From: Octopus sinensis
Lineage: Eukaryota
DNA length: 64,000 nt
Direction: 5' to 3'
Assembly (NCBI RefSeq): GCF_006345805.1
Contig: NC_043012.1
Coordinates: forward strand, 47,864,001-47,928,000
Shown here piece after piece: positions 13,392 to 27,175 of this stretch (its first letter is position 1; each line of letters starts with the position of its first letter). The position numbers and the translations under genes are program-made. Under the pieces are notes generated by a model that searched no databases, was not told the origin of the DNA, and was given only the letters and a program-made list of their open reading frames with translations.

Positions 13392-13571
13392 AAGAAGAAG
13401 AAGAAAAAGAAGAAAAAGAAGAAGAAGAAAGGATGATGATGATGATGATGATGATGATAACGATGATGACGATGATGATAACGATGATGGTGTTGATGAT
13501 AACAATATTAACAACAATAATAACAATATGAGTATACATATATATATATATATAATATACATATATATGTG

Positions 13572-13629
<58 letters not shown>

Positions 13630-14718
13630 TATATATATATATATATACAAACATGCATACATATATGAATACATATATATGGAGAGAGAGGGAGAGAGAC
13701 AGACAGACAGAGATAGAGAAGAGACAGGGAGCGTAGTGGATAGATATGAATATATATATATACACAGACACATTGCATCGGAATGAATACACCGAGTGCC
13801 TCAATCGCATTTTCAAGCAAATGACTTTATTCAATTATACAGTCTTACGAATTGAACAAGAAAATCATCTGCTTTCACTAAATTATTTAATGCTAGGTTT
13901 TAGGCGCACAAATACCTTTGTTAACGCTATAGTGTCGTCTTTTCTATACGTTCTGTTATTTATGTATGCCCTTAATATTCCTATCGGCATTCCAATACAT
14001 ACTTATTTTAGATATTGATTATATCGAACAGTTGCACGAGAGTTTTGCACTTTTAATGTAGCGCAAAGTTGACATCTTTATAAAACATTGTCGTAAGTTG
14101 TGGTGGCATCATGTATTGACCAAGATATTGACATATTATCAGCAGAGTCATTCTCCTTTAAGTTCCAGATATACTGAGAGAGCAATGCAAGTGTATTTAT
14201 TTATTTTCTAATGTCGTACAACTACTGACTGAATTTTCTTATATTTGTTCTTCAACTTTCGATTTGTAGTCACTGATATAAATTACTTTTGATCCAATCT
14301 GCCCTCAGGTCATTATATTGTCCTGCAATCCTATCTAAGTGCTATTTGGTATTGAAAAAATAGATGATTTTGTTTTCTTTTTATTTTCTAATGTTGAATT
14401 TGGTTGATAATATACTATTGGGTTCCCTGTCAACTGTTTGGATGTTAGACAGTGTTTTCTTATATTGTGTCTGTGCGTGAGTGTGTGCGTGAGTGTGTGC
14501 GCGCGTCTGTGTGTGCATGTAGTTGTGCGGGTATTTGTGTGTGTATGTGTATATGTATCTTTGCACGTATATATGTTGTGTATGCGTGTATTTGTAACTG
14601 TGTATATATACATATGTAAGTACATATAAATATGCAAGTTAGACATGGCCTGGGCCAATAATGGCCGAAACCTATCAAAGTATCAAAGTATCAAAGTATA
14701 TATATATATATAAGTACT

Positions 14719-14753
<35 letters not shown>

Positions 14754-14809
14754 GTATATGGATATATATAATTAATAAAAATATAAATGAGAAAAAAGGA
14801 CAATAGCAA

Positions 14810-14960
14810 AACAATGACGTGAGGACTTGGTACATGCAAAGTATTAATAAGACGAGCAGAGAAGAATCGAATGGGTGTTTTACGTTTCGAGCAAAGCTCT
14901 TCAGTAGAAAAAGAAGTCAGGGAAATGTCCATGGGAAAAGGAAGATTGCGGAAAAAATGC
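14810..14960 (-). mobile_element. PLE terminal fragment with minimal hammerhead-like motif
   Basis: Minus strand CTACTGAAGAGCTTTGCTCGAAACGTAAAAC, homologous to the 627 and 4000 motifs. Confidence 0.55.
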
Positions 14961-15075
14961 CCATACGGTTTTTATAATTATTTATATATGTTGTGGTATA
15001 TATTATATTCATAGTATTTAATGTAATATTGTAATATAAATAAATCATTAAATGTCAAAAGAATATATCTCTAAT

Positions 15076-15119
<44 letters not shown>

Positions 15120-15170
15120 TTATCTCTCTCTCTCTCTATATATATGTATATATATATATATGTACACACA

Positions 15171-15234
<64 letters not shown>

Positions 15235-15248
15235 CAAACTCACACGCA

Positions 15249-15460
15249 TATTAATCCCGCAATCATCGCGGGCGTTACATTCCGAAACACCCCGCAATAG
15301 TCGAGAATCTGCGAAATAGAAGTAGTAATTTAGTGTATATTCTTTTTTATTATTTTTTATATGTTGTATATAGTTATTTTATTATATATGGAAAACAACA
15401 TCACGATGGAATCGACGTAAGCTTAAATGATAAACCGCGATATAGCGAGGGATTATTGTA
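15249..15460. mobile_element. Possible Tigger/pogo-like MITE remnant
   Basis: Imperfect inverted ends TATTAATCCCGCAATCATCGCG and reverse complement TACAATAATCCCTCGCTATATCGCG. Confidence 0.35.
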
Positions 15461-16269
15461 CTTTGCCTTTCATCCTTTCAATTTACCTCCGTGCTATTTC
15501 CACCTCCATCTTTCTTATATACATACATTCATATATACATATATATATAAATATATATACATATATATACGCACACACACACACGCACACGCACACACTC
15601 CCACACACACACATATATATATATAATTTTAAAATAGGATGAAATATCTATAAGAATTTATCAAGTAGTTAGCGTGAAAAACCTCATAAGAGAAAAAGAA
15701 GCATCATTTTTTTTCTTTTAAATGCGTTCATTTTTATTTTATAGAGGGCATTATTTCACATAAATGCCTCACGCTAGGGGGGACTTTCAAAGTCAAAACT
15801 ACTAAAATAAACATATCGTGCCGAAAGCAAATCTCGAAGTAATCATTTAGAAAAAGAATTTAGCTGCAGATTACCAGTGATTTCGTAATTAGCGCAATTA
15901 TATGCACTCTTCACTCATCGGTGCAAGTATAATTCAAGATCTATAATGAATGAGCAAAACCAACATACCAGACGAAGAAACTGTCGCATCCACCGTAATA
16001 TCTCGAAAATGTTCACTCCTTACACATCTATGTAAATGGCGGGCATTTTCGAATTGCATTTCGGTAAGAACGTGCTTATTCGGAATACAAATTCATTATC
16101 GAATATATTCGGTTCAATTTATAATTTTAAAATAGGATAAAATCTTCATAATTTATCAAGTAGTTAGCGTGAAAGAGAAAACAAAACATCATTTTTTTTT
16201 CTTTTAAATGTATTCATTTATATTTTATAGATGGCTTTATTACATATGTAAATATATATATATATATGA

Positions 16270-16419
16270 AAGATGGAGTTGGGAATAGCACAGAAGTAAA
16301 TTGAAAGGACGAAAGGCAAAGTTGACCACGGCGGAATTTGAACTCAGAATGTAAGGACATACGAAATACCCCTAAGCATTTCGTCCGGCTTGCTAACTTT
16401 TCTGCCAGCTCTCCGCCTT
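16270..16419 (-). mobile_element. tRNA-derived SINE, MetaSINE-core family (monomer)
   Basis: A-box-like CTGGCAGAAAAGTTAG, B-box GAGTTCAAATTCC, core TTTGCCTTTCGTCCTTTC; related copies at 19045-19210 (-), 35655-35775 (-), 41335-41540 (+). Confidence 0.8.
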
Positions 16420-16643
16420 ACACAGCATAATGTATTATCACACATCTTGTCTAGGAAGAGGATTTTCTGCCGATAACATTTCCGTTGAGAGAAGTCTCCC
16501 ACGTTCGAGTATATTCCAATGTATTAAATGTGACTTACACACACAAACACGCATTACGCGTGTGCGCACACACAAACACGCACACACAAGTATGTATGAA
16601 TGCCTGTGTGTGTGACATATCTATCTATTTGTTATATATATAT

Positions 16644-16727
<84 letters not shown>

Positions 16728-17292
16728 GTAGAGAGAGAGAAAGAGAGCGAGATAGGAGGGATGAGGAAATTAAAAAAAATTACGTATGTCCATATATCAG
16801 CGTGTATGTATGTCAGTGGCTCTTTGTATGTTTCTGTATGTGTTGTGTCTTTGTGCCTGTTTTTGTCCTTCACCACTCCTTGACAATCGGTGTTGTTGTG
16901 TTTACCTCCATGCAATTTAGTAGATCAGCAAAAGAGACCGATACAATAAATGCCAGGTTTAAAAAGAAAATAAGTACTAGTGTCCATAAGTTTGACTAAT
17001 GACTGAAACTACTAGAAGCTAAAAGCTAAAAGAATAATCATAGAGCAACACCATCGGAACATCAAATGGTTGACTAGCGTCAAAGTGTATCGAGAAGTGG
17101 AAATTTTCAGAAATGTTCACTCGGACTGGCTCTATACTTCACTTCACTTAACACCGGTAACTATTGGCAGGAAACTGAAAGAAGTGAAATGAACTGTTTT
17201 ATGGGAACAATCTGAAGATCTTCACCGTGAACGATATTAAACAAACTGACCTACTAACATTAGGAAAAAGTTTCAGTGACATTGTAAAATAG

Positions 17293-17906
17293 AAAGGTGG
17301 TAAGCTGGCAGAATCGTTAGCACGCCGGGCGAAATGCTTAGCGGTATTTCGTCTGTCGCTACGTTCTGAGTTCAAATTCCGAGGTCGACTTTGCCTTTCA
17401 TCATCTCGGAGTCGATTAAATAAGTACCAATTACGCACTGGTGTCGATATAATCGACTTAATCCGTTTGTCTGTCCTTGTTTGTCCCCTCTGTCTTTAGC
17501 CCCTTGTGGGTAGTAAAGAAATAGATATTTCGTCTGCCGTTACCTTCTGAGTTCAAATTCCGCCGAGGTCGACTTTGCCTTTCATCATTTCGGCGTCGAT
17601 AAATTAAGTACCAGTTACGCACTGGGGTTGATGCAATCGACTTAATCCCTTTGTATGTCCTTGTTTGTCCCCTCTATGTTTAGCCCCTTGTGGGCAATAA
17701 AGAAATAAGAGACGTTTGCACGCTGGGCAAAATGCTTAGCAGTATTTCGTCTGTCTTTACGTTCTGAGTTCAAATTCCGCCGAGGTCGTCTTTCTCTTTC
17801 ATCTTTTCGAGATTGATAAATTAAGTACCAGTTGCGAACTGGAGTGGATCTAATGGTCGGGGCCCTCCCATAAAATTTCGGGCCTTGTGCTTATAGTATA
17901 GAAGAT
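17293..17906 (+). mobile_element. Composite (three-unit) MetaSINE-core SINE with 12-bp TSD
   Basis: Three units of about 185 bp with GTTCTGAGTTCAAATTCC and GCCTTTCATC..GTCGAT..TAAGTACCA; ATTGTAAAATAG at 17281-17292 and 17907-17918. Confidence 0.88.
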
Positions 17907-18357
17907 ATTGTAAAATAGTCTTTTGTTAGATGTGTTCTAACGCTGTAAAGATAGGTGTAAGAATACCCTAACACCAGACACACCTTGATAGTACCATCGA
18001 AATCAAATACTTAATCAAGAAGGATCAACTAGTTAGTCATCAATGAGGGATTTGGTACAGAACACTCAGTCATAACAGGTAATTTTCGAAAATATTGTTA
18101 CAGGAGAGTAAAAATGATTCAATGACTTGTAGACGATTTGATGCAATTAACATGTTAGATTGGCTGCTGTAGCTCACAGTTTCAGCATCATAATTTGGAC
18201 TATTAATGGAATTTAGAAATCAGATACTAAAACAAGAAAATGATTGGCGATAGCCATGATGCAAAATCCAAAATTAATAGTAACAGTGTTTATAGTAAAG
18301 TAGAAGGCAATTCTAAATAATCTACAAAACCACCATCATAATTCTAGATACTTCATC

Positions 18358-18708
18358 GTGGAGGCGCAATGGCCCAGTGGTTAGGGCAGCGGACTCGCGG
18401 TCGTAGGATCGCGGTTTCGATTCCCAGACCGGGCGTTGTGAGTGTTTATTGAGCGAAAACACCTAAAGCTCCACGAGGCTCCGGCAGGGATGGTGGTGAT
18501 CCCTGCTGTACTCTTTCACCACAACTTTCTCTAGCTCTTACTTCCTGTTTCTGTTGTACCTGTATTTCAAGGGGCCGGCCTTGTCACTCTCTGTGTCACG
18601 CTGAATATCCCCGAGAACTACGTTAAGGGTACACGTGTCTGTGGAGTGCTCAGCCACTTACACGTTAATTTCACGAGCAGGCTGTTCCGTTGATCGGATC
18701 AACCGGAA
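18358..18708 (+). mobile_element. tRNA-derived SINE (octopus OR1/OR2-like) with 12-bp TSD
   Basis: A box TGGCCCAGTGG, B box GGTTTCGATTCC; AGATACTTCATC at 18346-18357 and 18709-18720; homologous copy at 59805-60178 (-). Confidence 0.88.
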
Positions 18709-19280
18709 AGATACTTCATCTATCATTCAACATCACAAACACCGGTCGCGAAATTATGAAACAATACGTTGCAGGAGAAATCTATATTCCATCATGAAGT
18801 ACCTGGAGAAATTTTCACCAGAATTGAATATTCCTGAATTAAAAAAGAATGAACACGAAACAATGGAATATTTTGCACGCGAAATAAAAGGAAAGGTAAA
18901 ACAACAGGCTCATTGACTAATGAGGACAATTGCGTTGTAAAAATCCTGGTGCGGTAAATAACCGCAAAGCTTTTGATCAACAGTAGAATATCATCAACAC
19001 AAAAATATAATGATTTCAATTTTTTTCATAAGGCAAGCTATTTCGAATCGATTACAGTGACACCTGTGCTTAAATGGTACTTATTATATCACCCCAAAAA
19101 ATGAAAATTAAATTCAACATCGGCAGCATTTGAACTAAGAACGTAAAATACCGGAAAAAATGTTGCTAAGCACTTTGCTCAGCGTCCTAACTCCGCCTTC
19201 TCCCCGCTTTAATACAAATTTGTTAAATTCAATGCGAAGCTGAAGAACATTGTCATCTCCGTCCAAGATGAAAATCATAC

Positions 19281-19394
19281 GTTCATGTCATCGTTAAAGA
19301 TAGCGCGTGCACTGTGCGTAAAATATGTGGCGTCATCAATCGCGTCTTCCTGGTTGTTGGCAACATGAACAAATGTAAAGGAGAATAGATCCGT
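19281..19394 (-). CDS. Candidate phase 0/0 exon, TDLFSFTFVHVANNQEDAIDDATYFTHSARAIFNDDMN; possible iGluR ATD segment
   Basis: Acceptor ctctctggtag, donor gtatga, open frame; loose by-eye resemblance to AMPA-type VTAINVGNINNDKKDETY. Confidence 0.35.
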
Positions 19395-19439
19395 CTACCA
19401 GAGAGCTACAAAGCCACAATGAAAAAGTGCAGGTTCTCT

Positions 19440-19800
19440 AACATTAAGTTCTTTGAAAATGGCATTATCGCTAACTAGAGACGGTTGCCAAGAATTTAAT
19501 GGTAGCATGGTATGGGCTATGTCAGTGCATGCAGATCAAAACAAAAGGGAGAAATGCAATAATTTCGAAACCAACAAAAATAAAACGTGTATACTGATTG
19601 ATATGACAATACCGGCTGACTGTGAAACCCCAGCTAAGTTCAGAAAAGAAATGATTGATAGACATACAGATTGAAATCTCTGGAGTGTTGAACAAAGCTG
19701 ATTGCACCATACCAGTAGTAACAGAATGAATTGCATTGACAAAATCGGTTTGGAAAAATTCAACAAATTCTCAAAGAGTAGTGACTCTACTAAAAAACAA
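19440..19800 (+). mobile_element. Degenerate R4/Dong RLE fragment
   Basis: KTCILIDMTIPAD endonuclease motif; followed by simple repeats. Confidence 0.55.
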
Positions 19801-19949
19801 ACTGACGAAAACGATATCTGAAAAACTATAGATATAATAGGGAGGGTAGTGCCTTCAAAGTAACACCTACCGTTTATATATTCAGGGACCAGTTATGGAT
19901 CCTCTGATACAAAATGCTGCTGCTGCTCCACCCCTCCTCCTCCCCTCCA

Positions 19950-20115
19950 CCTCCTCCTTTTCTTCTTCGTCGTTTTCTTCATCTTCTTCTTCATCTTCTT
20001 CTCCATCTTCTTCTTCTTCTTCTTCTTCTTCTTCATCATCTTCTTCTTTTTCATCATCTTCTTCTTCCTCCTCCTCCTCCTCCTCCTCTTCCTCCTCCTC
20101 CTCCACCTCCTCCTC

Positions 20116-20148
<33 letters not shown>

Positions 20149-20212
20149 ATAATAATAATAATAATGATAATAATAATAATAATAATAATAATGATAATAA
20201 TAATAACAATAA
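19950..20212. repeat. Compound microsatellite (CTT)n-(CCT)n-(CTA)n-(AAT)n
   Basis: Direct reading; other (CTT/GAA)n tracts at 13362, 21975, 28285 and (GAT)n at 34925. Confidence 0.95.
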
Positions 20213-21448
20213 TAAATCACGAAGCCATTTTTAAATGCGTGACGGTCTTATATGAGATAAACGTATCTTTCTCTACAGTATTACTGCTACTTATCGTACC
20301 TACGTCAATATTGGAAGGTGTAAGTCGATAAATAATAATTGACAATAAACGCACTTTATACAAATGTGTCACATTCAAAGAGATTTTGGTAATGCTGTTA
20401 CATCATTCTAAAGCGTAAGGAAAAGGCACGGGATATATAAGGTTCATGTCTGGCTTTCCTAAGTAAATTCTACAATCTTGTCATTTCCATAAATATTTGT
20501 GTTTTAAAACTTTCTATAAGTGGTGACTACGTATATTTTTGAGTATTGATCTAAAGGCGTTAGAATATTTAATTCCGAGTTTGAATCCTAAGTGATAGTA
20601 TCTTTGAGGAGGCGTCGATAAAATGAGTAGCGGTTGAGCAAATCGATTGCATGCCCAGCCTTCACTATATATTATTGGGTCTAATCAGAAGAAACCACTA
20701 TTGAAATACAGAAAACGTTATGCAGAACGTATTTTCCTGTCGATATTGTTTTCTGCACACTATCTCTTCTCTACGCTCTACACACCAATATTACAGACAA
20801 TTTTCTCACACGATCGATTGCCTGAAAACATCAAATGCAAACTACATGGTTATTTCTTAATTCAAAATTAACCATTAACCATTCTTCCATATTTTCTTAA
20901 CGTAATATTCCTAACAATATACGAAATATAGAAAATGTTTCCGAACTGACAATTCGTCTATAATTGATAACCGGTTTACATAAAATGTGCATTTTACTCC
21001 ATCAAGAATATTTCGTGTCCTTCTTTTAGTTCTTGTCTCATGTTTTTAATTATTTCTGTTCTTATAAGTTCTCCTCCATTACTAACAATATTCTTTTATC
21101 TTTTATATTCCTTCTTATATCATCTCTGTAATTATGTCACCTTCAGATCTTCACTTCCATCTTTTCAATGAATTCCCAACTCCTGTTATTTCTTATTTCA
21201 CTACTTTCATAACTTGCCTTCGTCATCAATCAATCTCTAGTATTTCTGTGCATGAATATCTATTAGAGATATCGGTATATAGCAATGCTTGTACGCACCT
21301 CCACCGTGCACTCACATTAACTCTCGTATATATATATATATACTCATACACACTGTAATACGTGTGTGCACGCATATGACGTAGTGTCTCTCTGTCTTTC
21401 TCTATGTCTCTTTCTCCTTATTCACATAAACTCTCCTAATATATACTA

Positions 21449-21504
<56 letters not shown>

Positions 21505-23282
21505 GCATGTATATGTATATATATATACATAACATAATATATAATATATGCATGTATATGTATAAATATATGTATATATATATATATATATGTATATATT
21601 AGGAGAGGTTAGGTGAATAAGAGAGATAGAGAGATAGAGAAAGACGGAGAGACACTACGACATATGCGTGCACACACGTATTACAGTGTGTATGAGTACG
21701 CTTATATGCGTATGTGTGTCTGAGCGTGTGTGTTGTCCTGTTTGGACGTTATGGCACTCATTGCCGAACTGCACATAAACTAACTCTAAACAAAACCTGG
21801 TCCTTTGCTCACGATAATATCTTGAGAAAATACAATAAGCTTAATGACCCTCTTAACCACATGCATCTCCGCAACTATTCAATCCCACGGATGAAGCAGG
21901 ATATTAACTGTTGTTCTTTCATCCGTTTTTTCTGGAGCCTGATTTTGGGTTCCCCTTGTCTATTCAACTCCGGTCTTCTTCTTCTTGCTCTTCTTCTTCT
22001 TCTTCTTCTTCTTCTTCTTCTTCTTCTTCTTCTTCTTCTTCTTCTTCTTCTTCTTCTTCTTCTTCTTCTCTTCTTCTTCTTTTCATTTTCTTCTTCTTCT
22101 TCTTCTTCTTCTTCTTCTTCTTCTTCTTCTCTTCTTCTTCTTTTTCTTCTTCTTCTTCTTCTTCTTTTATCTCCTCCTCCTCATCGTCGTCATCATTGAA
22201 ATTCCTCGATGTCTTCGCCCATAAATGATGCACAATTGACGTTAAGGTAGGATGTAAGCCTGATTTCTTTAACTCTTTGCTTTGCTACTACGATCTTACA
22301 GTATAACACATCGAAGCAATGTCACTTCCAATAGCTTCGAGTTCATAACTAATAAGTGAAACTGGATAGATTGGAAACCGCATAGAAATATCACATGGAA
22401 TGTATTTGTAATCCAAAATTACAGCCTTCTCATAACTGTTTCACGTTGATTATGCTTGATAATTTTGTTAAGGGTAAAACATATCTGTAGAATGTTCGGC
22501 TACAAACACTTTAATTCAAGAATAAAGGAATATATAATTCAGTTGATCGAATGACTGAATACACCATCATATTTATCAAAACAGACACCTTTTCTCTTTC
22601 AGCTTTGTAATGAAAAGAAGTGCATGGTTGGTTACGACGGTATTGCAAACTCGAACCCGAATTGCTAAAGTAAATGTTATAAAACATCTCAAAAAGTGAC
22701 TGACAAGGGACCCTGAACACTTAAGATCCCACGGGAGATGATCCACAATCCGCACCACAAATATTGCACATAAGAAAAACATAAGCCCCACTTAATCTGG
22801 CCGTCTTTACTTCATATAAACGAAGCCTTGTGTCTCTATAAGAAATCGATAATATATTCATTAGAAACTGCGATCCATTTTTAACAACGAGAAGTAGTAT
22901 TAGTTCGGTATTTTAATGATCTTTATTTTATTGATTTTAAGATATCAAAGAGGAAAATTAGCATGGCTGGATTTAAACTACAATGAGTAATTAACGCTAA
23001 TGTACTCAGAAACCAATACCGTTTTATATTGTCTCAGCCATAACTGCTATACTACATTAAGTAAATATTGCTTGTTGATATTATTGCAGTTATTTTTGTA
23101 GTTAATTTTTAATGTCGCTAATATGGCTGCTGTTGTCATTGCTTTTGTTGTTGCTTAGCGTCATATCAAAAACTAAACATAGCACGCATCTATGTTTAGC
23201 TCTTTATATAATCATATGCATTTTAGCCATAACCGTAACATTTTCTTTTAAACATTTTTCTTTATATTGTAATTTTATATAT

Positions 23283-23444
23283 TTAAATATTGTAATAAAA
23301 TAGTCCGGCGGAAAGGCTCTTTTGCACGGTTTTCGCAGGACCGCTGAAAGAGAAATGAACACATGTAGCATCGCTCTGAACAGCTTCAAATTGATCACTG
23401 TAAGATAAACTTGAGCAGAAAAGAAATTCCAGAGATTTACCATC
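23283..23444 (-). CDS. Candidate exon DGKSLEFLFCSS...KSLSAGLFYYNI* (unknown; possibly ATD continuation)
   Basis: Strong acceptor cttattttcccttcccag, phase 0 compatible with exon 24805-24923; no good donor, ends in TAA. Confidence 0.3.
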   Translation of the reverse strand, partial: DGKSLEFLFCSSLSYSDQFEAVQSDATCVHFSFSGPAKTVQKSLSAGLFYYNI

Positions 23445-24804
23445 CTGGGAAGGGAAAATAAGTTCTGGTGGTTAACATAGAATCTGGGAAACCAGACGCA
23501 ATATGTTTGAAAAGAGAGGTGAATCGCCCAAGTAAATTAATTGCTGATTAGTTGACATGACATCACGCATTTTTGATGTCCTTGGGTAGCAACTGTTATT
23601 TCCTATTTGTTTACCGCTAGAAAGTATGAAAAATAGCTTATATTTCCTTCAAACTTTGCTTGTGTAATATTTATTCGAACGCCAAAGAATCCCCTGCTAC
23701 TCCTGCTCATGATCAGAGATGCACATACTGTCAGCCACTAAAGAATATGTTCAAGTGGTTATGGATAACTTACTGACAAACAAGTCTGTGGTACTGAGTA
23801 GAATTTTTGCTAGAGCGATATTTCTTTATTAGCAACTCAGCGTTGAATCTGTCTGAAATGCAATGGAGGAAAATAGTTCAGTTTCAAACCATTGATGTCC
23901 AGGCCACAAAAGCAAAGTTTGAAGAGAATAGTAGTTATTTCTTTTGAATTTTACATAGAAGCAAAAAGGAAATAACGCTTACTGACTAAAGGAAAAAAGA
24001 AAAAAAATTCAGCTTGTGATTAGTGGCTAGCGCGAAGAAGTCGCAAAGTTTGAGTGAAGAGTTAATAGATCTGCGAGTTAGAGGTTAAACATCCTTGGCG
24101 AAGAGCTACACGTTAGTAAAACAAATGGTCTGTTTTTCTATGCAGTCTTAGATGTTTCACATGTGAACGTTATAGCTTCTTATGGCTGTCGCATGAGCTT
24201 CCTAGAGTCCAACAGCAATTGGCAACTGAAATATTTAATGGCATTAAAAAGGAAGACCTGTGTGTGTGTGATATTATCATTGCTACGTTGAACGTGTACT
24301 ATCGACAGTAAGAATTATTAGTGATGATGAGACTTAGCACTTAAAATTACATTAAGATTTGTAATCACGTGTTATTCATATTGTTATGGTTACAGCATTG
24401 ATTTCTTTAATATATTTAATTTGTGTCTTCGTGCAGTTGAAATAGATTAACATAGCCACATTTTAGATTATTTATGAAATCTATTAATATGTGGCAGGAC
24501 ACGTCTGCTTTGATTGTATGTAACTGACGTGTGGTGCAGATGATGAAGGATTTATGAAGGTTGGCATCAGCTGTATACAGGTAGGCTTTAGTGGAGTAAC
24601 TCAAGTAAGAAATTCTAACATTGCGTCAAATCGTAGTTCATATTGTACGTGTCAGGAAAAGCATAGTATAATATGAAATGACAAACTATCTCTGCTACAT
24701 GTGTTGATAAATGGCACCCATAGCTCGATTCAAATCATTTCATATGTTAAAACAATTTCGCAGCTCTCTAAAAGAAGAGAGCTGAGAATAAGACTCAGAC
24801 TGAC

Positions 24805-24923
24805 TCCTGAATGCATTGCCGATATCATGAATGCGTTGCTGATATCAAGCACTACAACAGTATTTTCACGAAATTCATCTTGGTCAAAGACCTGCGCTGT
24901 CGATTTGTTCCAACCGAAACTAG
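24805..24923 (-). CDS. Candidate exon (phase 1 to 0), ASFGWNKSTAQVFDQDEFRENTVVVLDISNAFMISAMHSG; iGluR ATD-like
   Basis: Branch-like ctaac, pyrimidine tract and aatag acceptor; donor gtcagt; phase matches exon 46968-47316. Confidence 0.5.
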
Positions 24924-25599
24924 CTATTATTCAGGAGAGAGAATGCATCAGTTAGTTAATGACTGTTCAACACCTTTGAAGTATACAAAGTGTGGTAGAA
25001 CGATTCTGCCAGCTCGCCGTTTAGTGTATATTATTATATTACAAATAAGAAGTGACAAACGTGCTTTAAGATATATAATTGGAAAGCCCCTCGATAAGTG
25101 GTGTTCTGTGATTCTGGCTTAAAATTTTCACAAGAATGCACTGAAATTCGACTATTTCTTTCTGACTGGGACGACAAAATAGAAGACTGCTTACACCGAA
25201 TGGCAATAAAGAGGGAGGAAAAGGCAATAATCTTAGGACTATTAGCTGCTTACCAGTACTCAGATAATTAACTTTTGTCATATCAGGTGAATTTGAAAGC
25301 TTTCTTGAGATGAGGAATCAATTACTAGAGCAGCAAAAGTGATCCAAAAAGAGATGAAGAGTAATTGCTGATCTGTTGTATACCGATAGCATAATATTAA
25401 GAGGGAACTTAGCCGAAGAGATACCAAAAAGTTAAATATGATGGTATAAATCTAACACAAAATAATATCGTTAGATCGTCGAATGATAATGAAGGAAATA
25501 CATAACTAAGGGCAGGGCAGGACGGTGAAGAAAGGGAAAGAGAAGCCAGAGAGTATACAAAATGTATAAAAGATAGGTTAGATCGAAATAAAACAAAAC

Positions 25600-25895
25600 G
25601 AAGAGAATGTTATCAAGGCAATAAATACATCGGCCATACGAATCTCAAAATATTCTTCTCGTTTTCTAAAGTGCAAAAACCCAAAGCTTCAAGGAATGAG
25701 ATAGTACTACGAAGGTGCTTGCAATGCACAAAGCGCATCGCCCTAATAGTGATCGACAGATTCTACTTACAAAGAAAAGTAGGAGGGAAAGGGTACATAA
25801 ACACTGAAGACACCATCAGATCTTTTACATTGGATTTCAAAACCTATTTGCTGTATAGTTAGGAAAGAGTATTTTTGGCTGACATATGTAAACAA

Positions 25896-25959
<64 letters not shown>

Positions 25960-26800
25960 TAAAAATCACCGAAACCCTTATAGAACTCAAGAACAGAAAT
26001 ATGAGCGTTAGGACGAATGACTGGAAAGAAGAAGGAACTATATGGACAACTGATGCAACAAAACGAGTAGATTGGGAGTAAAGAGCGCTGATTGTGGCTG
26101 ACACATAGGAACTTGAAATGAGAAAAGGAATTGCTCAAAAACAAGCTATTAGAACGAACTTAATAAAAACAAATAATAATGAGACTTAGTCAGAGATAAA
26201 AATATAAAATCTCTGGAATAGGTGATGAAAGTATTTATCATCTCTTAAGCGAATGTAGTAAACTGGTGCAAGTATATCGAAAAAGAATGTGTTGGGATGT
26301 TGGCCGACTGTATGAATTATAACTGATAAAAATGTGGTATGATCACAAACCAAAAGCTAAGAAGTGAAATCGTAATTGCTGGATTTTGTGGGATTTTTCC
26401 TATACAAACCGACTAAACTATTAATGCAAGGAGTCCAAATATGATTGAAGAGGACAAAAAGACCATCAATTCGTAAACAATTTTAAGACCATAAAGATTA
26501 TAACTTCTGTAATATGATATGATAATAAAGTGAAATAGAAAGAAATTTAGAAAATTGCGAAATATCAGGAGCTAGCCTGAGAAATGGTTACTTTTCCTGT
26601 GGTAGTAAATGCATTTTGTAGACTATTCTGACTATTACTTAAAAGCAAAATGTTATTGGAATTGAGATACGCCTTTCGACCTGTGGAAATGTGTCATCCA
26701 TTACACTGTAAGTATCCTAAAAGAAATTCTTGAGACTTGTAGACACCTGTTACCAAACATCTCGACTGCATTTCTGCTAATATAGCATTTCTTAGCTCTA
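25600..26800 (+). mobile_element. Highly degenerate R4/Dong 3' half interrupted by (AAT)n
   Basis: RFYLQRKVGGKG and later RLE-like remnants. Confidence 0.6.
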
Positions 26801-27119
26801 TGTCGGCAGCAGCAGCAGCAACAACAATACCCAAATGGTGCAAGAGTTTTTCCTCAAGCCATTGGCGTATAATGCCAACTTCCTAGAATTTGTTGCACAT
26901 ATATCCTCCGTCTCTGGACTGATCATTTTTCCGTTGCAGGAGAACTCATTTCTGTCATGTGATTGGAATGGGAAGAGAAGTATTTTGTTGAATAAAACAA
27001 AGATTTCACGGGTCCAGGGATCGAAACCACAATCTCACGATTATGAGTGCAAACACTAAGCCATGTGTCTCTCAAACTACGACAATAATAATAATAATAA
27101 TGATAATAAAAAAAAAAAA

Positions 27120-27175
<56 letters not shown>

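Noticed and set aside
15778-15792. GGGGACTTTC NF-kB-like site
   Set aside because: Single short motif with no context, expected by chance
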